NCBI GenBank assembly: GCA_028023455.1
Contig: JAQFVV010000010.1
Coordinates: 5,394,001-5,458,000, forward strand
Source: Epiperipatus broadwayi
Taxonomy: Eukaryota > Animalia > Onychophora
Direction: 5' to 3'
DNA length: 64,000 nucleotides
Program-made: the position numbers and the translations under genes
Shown: positions 38,311-50,760 of the stretch, one piece after another
Layout of the letters: every line of letters starts with the position of its first letter
Numbering within the stretch: the first letter of the stretch is position 1
Notes under the pieces: generated by a model
What the model saw: the letters and a program-made list of their open reading frames with translations, nothing else
What the model was told of the DNA's origin: nothing
Database searches by the model: none

Positions 38311-41134
38311 AAAAGAAAATGATTTTTGGATATGTTAATTATATATATATGTAAACATATGCATTTTAAATTGAATAATCAAATATTTACAATATGAAAT
38401 TTTTGCATCAAAGCTAAATAATTTTAATAATTTAAATATTTATTAGTATTTCATAAAAACTTGTCCAATTATTCAAGATTAGCTGCAAGAAAGATAACAA
38501 AAGTAGTATTTTATGTCAATATAAATGTTTATTAAATTTTTTACATTAGGTTAAATACCTATTCCAATTAAAGTTTATTATTTTTGATATAAAATAGGAT
38601 CAAATAAAAGGAATGCATGCCCTAGAAATATGAAAACATTAAGATTTAAATTAATAAAATTAAGCATTCATATGTATGGATGCTAAATAATAGCACCTTT
38701 TGCATTTAATGATGAAAAAATCTTACATTTTCTCCACTATCAAACATAATATTGATAAACCAAAATATGTGTGTTTCATGATGTGAAGAAAACAATAACA
38801 CTGAATTATTATAATTAATTAAATGTGGAAGAAAGGCATTCCAAAAATTTGGATTATTGTGCAGGTATTCATGCAATTAAGATATACTAGTTAAGGTATA
38901 GATAAACATATCTTGTAAAACATACTGTTAAAATACTGTGTTGAAAATCAAAATAGATCTTTTCAGAATAATTTTATTTGATATAGATGATGTTGAAGGA
39001 AAGCAGTTCTTACATTACAGCAAACTCAGATCACACATAATTAGCCTTCATTATATAGTCCAGTTAAAGAGATAAATTTCTTGCTGCTTTATTTTGAATA
39101 TAGAGAAGTTTCAAAATGTCCTTATCATCGTCAAAAATACCAATGAATTTTACCAATGAGTGTTTCCTTAATCCTTATTTTAAAAAAAAAGATTTTGATG
39201 GAAAGTCATATGCTCAATCAATTATCACTAAAATGAAGTTATCATTAGAAAATATCTGATAGCTAATTGAAGATAATTTAAAATATCATCTCAATATAAG
39301 TCTAAATTATTAAATATCAATTTCTAGATGCTTCTACTATTTCATGTCATATATATGCATATTTGGCATTATGCAAGCTAAGAAAACATCAAGACTAGAT
39401 TGGTCTCTTGCACACACACATTGTGTAAACAGATAATCAACCACATACAATACACAAATTAATCATTTATATTTATTAAGATTAATTAATGAGAAATCAA
39501 TGAAATTCTTCAATTTCACAACTATGTAGCATCTATAGTCAAATTATAGCTTTTAAAAATAAAAAGGATATTTAAATTTCTTTTAAAATATTTTAAAAAA
39601 TAAGTCAATACTTGTTGCATAAAGAGAGAGAGAGAGAAAAGAAGGAAAAAGAAAGAGAATAAAACATCTACTATACTTGAAAATATTTTATATTTACTAT
39701 ATAGTCATTAAATTTTTTAAATAAAATTGTTTTTTTTAATAATTAACACTTATTTTGGCTAGTTTCTTTTACAAATAAATTAAAAAATAAATAAATTATA
39801 CAGAATCTTAATATACAAGAAACTGTGAATTAGAGAATAATGAAAGAAACCAGTTTATCAACCAATTCTCCCAACAAGAAGTATAACAACTATTCTTTCT
39901 TAGTGCTTGGACAATTTAGTATTATATGCAATTCCCTCAACACGAGAAATGAGCCATGAAGAAGATTATGCATATGATTTTACTTTGATTTATTAAATAT
40001 TTAATCAAATACTTGTTATAAATGTTTTAGATTTGTAGAATGTATTTATACATAAAGTGATAGCGAGAGAATAATTGTTTGACCAATCACATTCTAAGTT
40101 TCATAAAGATCAAGTGATACTCAATAAGTATTTATAAAATATATAAATCTCCATAAATGTATACAATTCAGTACTTCTAAATCTATTTGTCCATTTAACT
40201 GAGAAAACATCATTCTCTTAGCAACATGATAAATTAAGCTATCTCTTGTGTTCCATCTTCTACTCTATTTCCATACATTTATTCTCATTGAGATTAAGTC
40301 TGAAACAGTACAGTATACATAATGAGCCGTAAGACTCATTACTTGTGGAGTTTAATTTTAAGCCAAATAAATTAGGAAAAAAAATTTCAAGATTTTTCAT
40401 TACATGTCATTCAATTATGGATCAGTGAGTATGTAGCTAATGTTAGTAGATGCAATAAAAATAAATATCTTAAATCCTATTTAAAGAGTTACTTGTTAAG
40501 TAATGCCTACTTTACAGTTTCTCTTTGGGAAGATATTGGAGAAGCCTTTGCCCAGCAAAATTAGTTATTTCAATTATAACAAATAATCGCAAACTAATCC
40601 CATTATTACTTGCTCATAATATTCAGTCAGTTAATCTACCTGCCTTAGATAAAAAAATTTAATATACATGCATAAAAAACAATACACACATTAAAGAAAA
40701 CAGAATAAGTTAATAAATTTATATAATTATAAAAATAACAATAAATGATTTCATGAAAGGATAAATCTTGAACTTTATGCCCAAAAGAACATGCATTTCT
40801 CTCAGAAGTGATGAAGACTGCATCATATTACAATCTTTTATTTTTCTTTTAACCATTGAATGCATCAGATTAAAAGACCTTTAACTTTTAAGTGGCTATC
40901 CAATACTAAATGGTATTAGTTTAGAATCAATTATTTGGAAAAAACTCTTAAGTCTAATAATGATTGAAAAATCTGGTCCAGACCCAAATCTCAGGTTATG
41001 GTCATGTTCTTGGCAGATGGAAGCCAAAGACTTTCATAAAAGCAATCAATCAATTATTTCAAATTATCTAAATAATACTACATTGGTTTAAAATATCTTT
41101 TTGTTACTGACTATAAAATGTTTATGATATTTAC

Positions 41135-41263
41135 CTTTTCTTGTAATAGTTTTGAGGATTGCTGATTAGCATTTACAGATGAACTTGCTTCAAATTGTGT
41201 TCGCCCAAACACAGCTTGAAATACTTCAGGATTTTCCAAATTAAAATTAGACTGTAAAAAAAT
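41135..41263 (-). CDS. VPS54: Vps54 coding exon (3rd in window)
   Basis: ttgtcttag| and |gtaaat. 129 nt, IFLQSNFNLENPEVFQAVFGRTQFEASSSVNANQQSSKLLQEK. The ends match recalled IFMKPDF...SSKLLQEK. An alternative in-frame acceptor would start at 41251. Confidence 0.92.
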
Positions 41264-41354
41264 CTAAGACAAGTAAAATTCTATTTTATTTTATTTTGAG
41301 ATAAAATAGATATGTAAAAATAAACTGATCAAGCATCCAAAACAAAATTAATAC

Positions 41355-41389
41355 CTTAGGAACTTGTTCCAAATCTGACGATTGTTTTT
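41355..41389 (-). CDS. VPS54: Vps54 35-nt coding exon (2nd in window)
   Basis: atattttag| and |gtatta. Translates as (E)KQSSDLEQVPK, matching recalled DKSRTDLEQVPK. A 91-nt intron separates it from the next exon. Confidence 0.92.
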
Positions 41390-43713
41390 CTAAAATATAA
41401 GATAATTTATTAATAATGTAATAAAATATAGAAATTTGACAATATTTGATTATTAATGACTCAATATAATATACATTTCAATTGTAAAATCTTTTATTAT
41501 TATATGAAACACTATAAATATACTTGGCATTCATTTTCAATCTGCCAATTGCACCTATATAGCACTTTTTAATTAAAAATCCTTTTATTATTATATGATA
41601 CATTTCATTATAGCGGTCTGTCAATGTTTACATATTTAAATTTATGATATTATTTATTTTAGTAATGAAAGTACAAATAATTAAACAATAGAAAATAGTA
41701 ATTTACCTTCAAAATATAGAAATTAATGAAAAAAACAGTGTCTGACCAAAAGTATCTTCTGTTGACTTGAGAAAGATTAAATAAATTTAGAATACAAAAG
41801 ATGCTTTTATATTTTCTCTTTCCCTCACTTTCACTTTATCCTCTTTTTTTCTATTTTACCTTACTGTTCTCAGTCACTTAGTTTAATACAGGTTTGACCA
41901 CCATGGGCTTCTAATGCCATTGGTCATCTTTGTATTAATGACTATAATGAGATTGTATATTTATGCAAATACATTTCTATTTAATTATAGGTCTAATAAT
42001 TCTATTTCACTCTTTTCTTTATTTTCTACACTAGTTGTCTATATTTTACTTTTTTTTTTTGAATTAGAATGTTAATCCAAACACAGTAAAAATTTCATTT
42101 TATAATGTAAAAACATTAAATCATTTTGATTGAATAACAAAACAAAATGTATATTTTAGAAACCGGTTATTTCTAGAATATTTTCATAAATTTAATATTT
42201 GCTAATTAGTAATTCTAAAATAACTGATATTAAGTAAAATAATTAAAATTAACCATTTATTTCTTTTTTACTATTAATGTAAATTAACAATAAATTAATT
42301 AAATTAATATTAAATCAATTAATTAAAACAGTTGAATGCTAATTTGAATAACTGAATGAGAAATATTAAAAAAAAAAAAACTAATCTATAGCAAATGTCT
42401 AACACTTCTATTTTCTTGTCATGATATGAATAATGTAACTGAGAAAATGAGTATTTAATTATTATAGCACTTAAAAAAATAAGAATAAAAAAAATTACAT
42501 AATTAATGGATATTAACAATGCCAAAAAAACAAGTAAATGGTTTTTAATATACTTTATCCTTTGTATACTTCTAAAACTGGATTACTCTCATTTAAAATC
42601 TAATGATTTGCATATTAAAAAATATTTTCCTTTTATGAAAACAAGTTATGAAAAATTAATGATTTATGTAAAATTTAATAATCATTATTACCAATACAAA
42701 TTACAATAAATAGTTAATTTACAAAAAATTGTAATTTTACTTCCACATACAGACTGAAATTAAATATTTATTATCAAAAAAAAAGGACTAATCACAGCAC
42801 ATATATAAAACAATTATTTAAAAACAATAATATATTTTTTATTGATAAAAATATTTTTTTCAGTTTATTCATTATGTATATTTATATTAGAACAGATATA
42901 AATGATATCTAAAATATAAGCAATCAGTATTTTTCTTTTTAATTAAAATTCTGAAAACCTTTCTATGTTGTTGAACAAATTTCTACAATAAAAAATTTTA
43001 AGAACAACTTTACAAAAAGAGATATCTCAGGTTTATTCAGAATATTGTGTAAGATAGTAATGTGTAGAATATTTCTCTTAGCAATATCATATATGTATAC
43101 ACACACACACATCAGATTTTTAAGTTGATAAAGTAAATTGAGACTCAGATATTGAAATTTCAGAAAGTAAAACAAGAAATCTCAATGATCACAAAATAGC
43201 AGCTGTTATAAAAAGTTAAATGTAGGAAGTCTATATGTTTTAATATCAGAACATTACTGGTGTAAGGTACTCAATCAAATAAGTCCTCATTTGTTGCAAA
43301 TTCACATTTTCATAATTGACTACTTGTAGAATAAACTATAAGTATTATGGGATCATTAATTCTCAAGATTACAAAAAACAAAAGGGTTACTATAATTTTA
43401 AATCACAAAAAGTGATTTAAAAATATACTAACTGGTTTCTGTCTACGAGAAAATAATCATAAAATCTAATTTTATTAAATAGACAATATAAATTTCATCA
43501 CATATTTTTCTTTTTTAAAAAATTTACTTTTTTGTTGAACTAAAATTTATATACATTGTCATGTTTAAGCAATTGTAAAAAATACAGACTCTCACAAATT
43601 CAGTTAAATATTTTATTAAGAACTTACATACAATATATATTTACATAAGCATCTGATATACTGTTTACTTGATATCATTGGCTAGATATAACATCTAGTT
43701 GCTTTACAACTAT

Positions 43714-44760
43714 TGTAGCAAGGGGATTTCTGGTGCTCTCCTAGAAGTGCTTAATACTTCCAGCTATACCATGACAATTTGCCTCACGTCAGGTTAGTAT
43801 TTAGCAGCTTCAGATTCATAAATATGCCTCACTGCTTTTGTAATCAAATATGGGGTGACCAATAAAATATCCATTTTTGTCTGATTCCATTTTTAAATGG
43901 ATTGCCAATCTATAGCCCAGTCTCTTTCCATAATGAGAACAATCGGATTCATTATCTTCATCTAATAGTCTGTTTCTGTCATTGATTATATTTTTCTGTA
44001 CATATATTTACTAGTCTGTATCGATGAATGCTAAATCCAATTAGGATAAGATTGTAATCTGGACAAATCCATTACCTGAAAATATGTTCAAGTCATAACA
44101 TTACCTCCACTTGTCTAAAATTAGCCCATGAGAATTTAGTCATTGAGATACATTGATGGACATCTTTGTCAATTCCTGGCTTCTTCAGGTCTGTTTCTAT
44201 CATTGTCAGATTTGATGTCTTCATCCGCAGGGGTAGTGAATTTTATCAACAACTCTGATGTCTTCAGTTATAGATCTGGTGTCTTCAATTATAGATATGA
44301 CGTCTAGCAGTATATCTGGTGTTTTTAAATCTTGTAGACTCTTCATTGCCGGCTGGTGATCCATAATTCAGCCTTAGCTAATCTATGTGCCTGAAGTGTT
44401 GCTGTGTTTGAATAATGAAATAACATTGTCTGCAATTATTTTGTCTTAATCACAACTGCCGGAACCCATTTGGTGATTCCACTATACATATGACATCAAT
44501 AATTACCACAAATCACAAATCAACATTGTGCTACCCCAATCAGATGAAGATATTGGTTCAATAATCCCTATCATCTACCATCTATCAAGCTTAGTATCCA
44601 CTTTAGCAATGATTTGCAATGGCAGTATCGGTTTTATATTTTTAATTGATAAGTGAACCATGTGTCCTAAACACCATCAAACACTTCTGAGTAGTCACTT
44701 TTCAATTTGTCTTATGAAGAAAGCAGGTGCTTATTGATAATTCTATACTACTGCAGATAC
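43714..44760 (-). mobile_element. Second Gypsy 3' remnant: integrase C-terminus, PPT and 387-bp LTR (44100-43714)
   Basis: KWVPAVV-like reading near 44470, terminal RN*QRCPSMYLND motif, purine tract aagtggagg, then TGTTATG...GCTACA. Confidence 0.7.
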
Positions 44761-44983
44761 ATTATCCATTAAATAAGACTTTAAAAAAAACTTAAGTGAG
44801 CTAGCAATAATGTCTAAGTTGATAAATGATTAGTAACAGTTATTAATATATTTCTATTACAGTGGTTTATATTAATGTTGTACTGCAGAAAATTTGAAAC
44901 CTGTCAATTAAACTATAATAATTTGCTAACTATATATATACTGAACATATGATAAAGATATGTATAAGAGATTGTGATCTGGA

Positions 44984-45024
44984 CCAACTGATGAGTGCTG
45001 TTCAGCATGAAATGTGCATCTTGG
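44984..45024 (+). ncRNA. Type I hammerhead E at the apex of a ~135-nt rod-like hairpin
   Basis: ccaa-CTGATGA-gtgct(gttc)agcat-GAAA-tgtgcATC-ttgg. Core at 44988-44994, predicted cleavage after 45020. Flanking inverted arms 44937-44963 and 45044-45073. Confidence 0.8.
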
Positions 45025-45158
45025 GGATCTCATTTATCCATTTCATGTGTCTTTGATCATATGTTTCAGTTATCTATAATAGAATTGTAATTAATAAAAT
45101 AAAATAAAAAAGTTTAAAGTTTCTCTAAAAATAATGTGTATATGAATTTGAATTGTAA

Positions 45159-46294
45159 CACGTGCTATATGAATTGCTGGTGCTTGTCTTATAAATAAAG
45201 ATGCCATTGGATGGCGCTGTTTTCACGCTAAAACTATAAAATATGACCATTCCCGGGCCGTTGATTATAATAATTTTGCTGTGCTTTTTTGTAATGCGAA
45301 AATATAATTGTGTTACGGCTTTTTTTTATCAATTTTCTATCGGATATTTTTTTACTTGTGTTACAACTTTTTTTGTTGTTGTTGTTTAACTAAAAATTAA
45401 TAATCGTAATAAAAAGTAAAATTCTTAGTCTACTTTTTATTTTTTTAGTTTTCATTTTACATTTTTTTTTTTTATTTACAGACAAAGAGATATTACGGCT
45501 ATTTAGAATGACAATAAAAATAAAAGTTGTTACGATTATAGGTTTAGGGTTAGTTTTAGGGTTAGGGTTCTGTTGTTTGTAATGCTAAAATAAAAAAATT
45601 CAAAATTATAACCGTACTCGGACAAAATAAAGAAACTCAAACTTTTTTAAACAACAACAAACACATATAAATGTCTTCTTTACTTATTAAACATGTTTAT
45701 AATATTTGCTTTTTATGAAATTTACAAAAAATCGTGTATATTTGTACTTTTCTTACTGGATATTTTTTTGGTACCATTCTTTTTTACTTCAAAAATATAC
45801 ACACGGTAGAATCTTCTTTGTCTCGTGGAATGTTACGAACAGTACGCTACTTGACGCATTACCTAATTGCAACTCACTAAAATCATAGATATTTAACATT
45901 TTCCCAATTAAAACTTCAATACAGTACGTTGTAAAAAGTCTTAGAATTGTTACTTTAAAAAATCTGAACATTTCAATACTTTAAAATAAAAAAAAATCCA
46001 ATGAAAACAACATTTCCATCCAATTCAAATACAAACTCTCTCATCAAGCCATAACTATTTTATAAACTGTGCAAATTCAAAAAATGTATTTGCTGCGATG
46101 CGACATACATGCTGTACTGCGACGCGACATAGCGGTCTGCATTCTGTAGCACAATAAAAAAGTTGTATTATAGAAAATGCTGGTTCGAAAGTGTTGGCCA
46201 TGGAAACAGCATTTTTATGTGTTTTAGTACGAAAACAGTGCCATAGAGCGGCGTCTTTAGCTATAAGATGAGTACCGAATTGCTTGACAAAGTG
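45159..46294. mobile_element. Non-autonomous TIR DNA transposon with internal TTAGGG-like repeats
   Basis: Imperfect ~75-bp TIRs beginning CAC and ending GTG (tcttata..taaaga.gcc....atggc.ctgttttc...ctaaaac). CpG-rich. tttagggttagttttagggttagggtt at 45543-45569. No TSD resolved. Confidence 0.7.
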
Positions 46295-46419
46295 TATGTT
46301 TCTAATGTATCTATGGTCTGACTTCTAGGCCGATGGATGGTTGTAATAGGATTGCAAATGTGATATAACCTATTGGTAGCTTTCAGTTACTTCCTCTTTT
46401 CAAATCTTCATTTTTTTAT

Positions 46420-46608
46420 TTTTATGAACCATTTTTTTATTTCAGGTTTCTACCTACTTTTCAACCATATTATACAGTTAATTCTTTTTTCGTACTTTCC
46501 TACATAAACACATATGAAAGTAAACAAGACAAATAATCAATTCTTAATAATGACCATGATAATATGACTGAAATGAAAGAAAACTGAAATAAAAAATGGT
46601 TCATAAAA
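46420..46608. repeat. 25-bp inverted repeat pair
   Basis: ttttatgaaccatttttttatttcag (46420-46445) and ctgaaataaaaaatggttcataaaa (46584-46608). Confidence 0.65.
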
Positions 46609-46783
46609 TAAAGTAAAGTAAACAAACAAAATTTAAAAAGAAAAAGTGTGTCAAAGAATTTTATGTTTTTTGTAATATTTAAATACAATTTCTATTAAGA
46701 GGAAGTTTAAATTTATCAATATATAAATTTAATTCAGCTAAAAAAATTTTTTTGGTTAGTATATACAAGTATGCAAGTGAAAT

Positions 46784-46892
46784 AATAATGCTTTTATATA
46801 AATAAGCCACTAAAAAATAGAAAAATAACTAAGTGATAATGCATATAATATTTTTCTACTTTTTAGTGGGCTATTTATATAAAAGCATTATT
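46784..46892. repeat. Hairpin with ~44-bp arms
   Basis: aataatgcttttatataaataagccactaaaaaatagaaaaata is inverted by tatttttctactttttagtgggctatttatataaaagcattatt. Confidence 0.75.
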
Positions 46893-47564
46893 TTAAAAAA
46901 ATCTCTTTTTTAAGATTATTTTATTTTTTAGTTATAAGTAAAACATATAATTTCAATTTAAATAAAATAATTTTCATTAATCTTTTCTTTATTATGTTTC
47001 TTGTTCTTTCCACAAGAGAGCAATCAACAATTTTGGGAAAACAAACAAAAAAAAAACATAACTATTTAACCTTTTTTTTTTACACATTTATTACTTTTTT
47101 CATAAAATATTTATGAAATATTAATTATTTCAGAAAAATATTTCATATTTTAATGGGAAATATTTACTTTTAATTAAGTAATTCAATATTAACAAAATTT
47201 TACTCTATAAATACAATATTACCATTGACTAAGTTGTTAAGGAGTTTTCTTGGGAAGTTGGAAAATATAAGATTATGGGTTTGATTTTAAGTGGGAAATG
47301 ATTTTTTTTCATTGTTAAACTTCATAAATTTGGACCTCCTGACAGAAACACAGACAAGTTAATATAAAAGCATTTAAAAAAAAATAATTTAAATATTTTA
47401 AAGTAAAAATATTTTTCCTATGCTTAAAATGATCTAATTTAAATAAGTAATTAAAGGTAAACAAGGCAAAACTCTCTCCATGCAGTAGTGCCATTCTGTG
47501 CTAAACAGAGTAATCAATGGATGCCAGAAGGCTTGTGCATAAAATCCCTATCTAATGCCTACTC

Positions 47565-47623
47565 ATCCAATATCCCCAGACTAGTTTCTGGCTTGTGGCC
47601 ATCGTCAGTGAGGAGCTTTGGAT
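47565..47623 (-). ncRNA. Intact minimal type I hammerhead ribozyme A2, sense to the Vps54 pre-mRNA
   Basis: atccaa-agct-cctca-CTGACGA-tggc(cacaa)gcca-GAAA-ctaGTC-tgggg-ata-ttggat. All core nucleotides, stems I and II and palindrome ACTAGT are present. Predicted cleavage between 47579 and 47578. Confidence 0.9.
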
Positions 47624-48016
47624 CTGAGAGCACTGCACCTAGATCTTAGGATCTAATGCAACCCTCCAGCAACCACCTTTTATCTGCACTTAACTATAAA
47701 ACTATGAGAATGAAATTGAAAACATAAATATATTTTCAATCTAAACTCAATAGCTTATATAGTCATATGGGTCTGAACTCAATTCATTACCCATACATTT
47801 TGGTGTCTTTGGCTCTTTAACAACCATAGACACCACTATCCTATTAGGCAGGATTGGTGTTAAACCACTAAGCATCACATGATCACTATCTCATACTAGC
47901 ACATAATTGTTTATAAACAAGGCAAAACTCTCGCCATACAATAGTGTCACCCTATGATAAAAGGTGGTTGCTGGAGGGTTGTATTAGATCCTAAGATCTA
48001 GATGCAGTGCTCTCAG

Positions 48017-48075
48017 ATCCAAAGCTCCTCATTGACGATGGCCACAAGCCAGAAACTAGTCTGGGAATATTGGAT
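48017..48075 (+). ncRNA. Hammerhead A3 with C3U core substitution
   Basis: cctca-TTGACGA-tggccacaagcca-GAAA-ctaGTC-tggga. Confidence 0.65.
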
Positions 48076-48249
48076 GAGTAGGCATTAGGTAGGGATTTTA
48101 TGCACAAGCCTTCTGGCATCCATTGATTACTCTGTTTAGCACAGGGTGGCACTACTGTATGGAGAGAGTTTTGCCTTGTTTATAAACAATTATGTGCTAG
48201 TATGAGATAGTGATCATGTGATAATTAAAGGTAAGTGAAATAAAATAAA

Positions 48250-50760
48250 CACTTTATAATTATATAAATTAATGATGATTAACATCATATTTGACTATTA
48301 TCAATCTATTCCAAATATACACCAATTTCTCCAATCAATAGGTTTTCTTTTCCACATCACATCAGAAATTGCAATTATTCTTATTTCATCCACCATTTTA
48401 CAAATGAGCTCTAGGTCTTTCATAATTTCTTAGGATTCAATTTAAGATTTCAAATAACCATTTACTATCATCTCTTTTAGCAATATGTTAAACCCAGAAC
48501 CATTTAAGTCTCATAATTCTTTCAATGATATCTATTTATTGCCTCACTTTATTGCTTTTAACACAAATCTCTTCATACTTCATTGAATAATCCTAAAGTT
48601 TCAATATTGGTCTTCAATTAAGTATCCAAGTCTCAAATCCATATATAATAACTAGTAAAACAGTTATTAAAACCTTTTCAAATATAATCCATATCTTCTT
48701 TTAATGATAAATTATTTCTGCAAAAAGTACATCATCCAAGTTTAATTCTATGATTAATTTCATTCATTATGTTTTCAGCTTTATTAATAATCTGATGAAG
48801 GGATTTGTAGTTGTTAACTTCTAAGAAAATCCACTGAATATTATATTAGTTGGTAGTCCTGTAATGTATGGTCTATCTTCTTGATTGATCTATATTCTGT
48901 TATCATTGAGTGAAAAAAAAACTAATTGTATCTGCAATTATTCTTGAATTTACAGTGACAAGTATATGTTAAACAAAATGTAAAAAATAATATCCTTTGT
49001 AATAAATAATGTGTATTACATAAAACAAACAAAAGGTAGTTCACATACAAAATACATTTGAAATAAATTCAATAAAAATGTTGACAAAATTTTATTTTTT
49101 ATTGACTCCAATTTTACAATATCAACTTCCATTTTCTGTGATTATTTATTATTTCTTTTTGTTTATTAAATTATAATTCAATTTTTTGTTTAATTTCATA
49201 GGCTTGTATGAAATAAAAATAAACAAGAAAATAATTCCATGTACAAAATATATATTAAATAAAAGAAAATAAAAAACTTCGTCCATAACAGTGTTTTAAA
49301 TGAAAGCAATAAATAGTAAATGAAATGTTATAGTGGAGTTAAATAAAAATCCAAAAGCAAAGCAATTCACAGCTGCCTATTAAATAAAAACACTAAATTA
49401 TATTTCAGCAAGCAAATAATAATAATCACTGAAATTAGAACATGACAACATAAAACTAAAATTGATAAAAAATGAAATGTCTGCATTTATTGTATTTACA
49501 ACTACTTCTGTAAAAAAATATTAACTTAAATATTATCAAATATTAATTTTTTGTTATTTTTATTTCATTCACATTTTGTGCATGGACTACCTTTTGCTTT
49601 TTTTAATTTAATGTAAATTTTTTTAATTGCAAAATATATTACTTTCTTCATTTTATTTAATATACACTTGTGGCTATAAATTAAAAGATTAAATGCAGAA
49701 AAATTATTTTTTTATCAATTACATTTTCTTTGATTCAAGTTCATATACTATAGAAACACCCACAACTTTTTTAGCAATTATTTTTAATCCTATTTCATTA
49801 TTCTTATCTGATAATTCTTACATTTCCTGAAGTTCTGAAGCATTATTTGCAAAATCATCTAGATGATTTTAAGTAAAATCAATATATTTTCACTCTTCTC
49901 TTTTAATCCACAAAATATCTTTTGTAAAATTGCTGTAAAGAATTTTGGAGAAATGGAATCATCTTGTCATACATACTTATCAATATTAATCTTTTTAATG
50001 TCACTATATAATATAATAATTGGAATTTCATTTTGATAAATAATCTTCAGACTATGGTCCAAAGCTTTAATCATTGTGGAAATGCATTTTTATAATCTAA
50101 AAATCCAAAGCATAATGATAATTCATTCTAATTGGTCTTTTCTATAATTGAACTCAATATTTAGACAGGATCCGATATGTTAAAACCACTTCTAAATCCA
50201 GCTTATTCTTTTGATTGTCTAGCATAAAGACTGTCAGAAGATTGATTAGTCATCTTAAATATCAATATCTCTATTGCATTCTTCCAATTATCTGGCATAT
50301 CTTTATTGTTTATATAATTTTCCAATATTTTTTTATTAGTTTACCTGTTTCTTTTAAAATATCATTTCTTAGAGATTTTCCTTCTTCATAGATTTAATTG
50401 CATATCTCATCTCTTCATTTAAAATGTTTGGCAATTCAGAAGATGCAATTGTAGAAGTTAATTTCTTTTCTTATTCTTTATTGTTATATGATTCTTTGTA
50501 AAACTCTGCATACATTTCATGTCATTCCATTTTTTACTAATAGTTCCATTTTTTCTTCCTAATGCTGAAACAACTTTTCTTACAATATCAAGAGGTGTAT
50601 TACATTTTTGAGGCTTTTATTCTCTTTTATCATACCATTTTATAAAAGTCAAAAAAATTATTTTTATATATTTCCAATGTTTTTTCTTATTTATATATAT
50701 TGTCTTGTCTTGGGTAAAAATTGTTATGACCAAAGAATTCTACTAATCTTACCTAAAAGT
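48250..50760 (-). mobile_element. Heavily decayed RTE LINE remnants (3' part ~48250-48950; RT ~49790-50760)
   Basis: Colinear with the 60577-62100 copy (RQDDSISPKFFTA-like RT motif near 49960; YGFETWILN-like motif near 48630). Interrupted by AT-rich DNA. Confidence 0.65.

Larger units (their letters stand above)
47461..48221. mobile_element. Family A hammerhead retroelement, single insertion with tandem plus inverted arm (A2/A3)
   Basis: 456-bp period (aaacaaggcaaaactctc at 47459 and 47915). Inversion junction at ~47956. Perfect 13-bp TSD taattaaaggtaa (47448-47460 and 48222-48234). Confidence 0.9.

Noticed and set aside
41700-41730. Extra donor-like site (GAAG|GTAAAT) upstream of the 35-nt exon
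   Set aside because: No open exon or acceptor precedes it, and the reading frame is already complete without it.
45543-45569. Telomere-fusion scar
   Set aside because: Only about four degenerate units in a single orientation, inside a TIR element.
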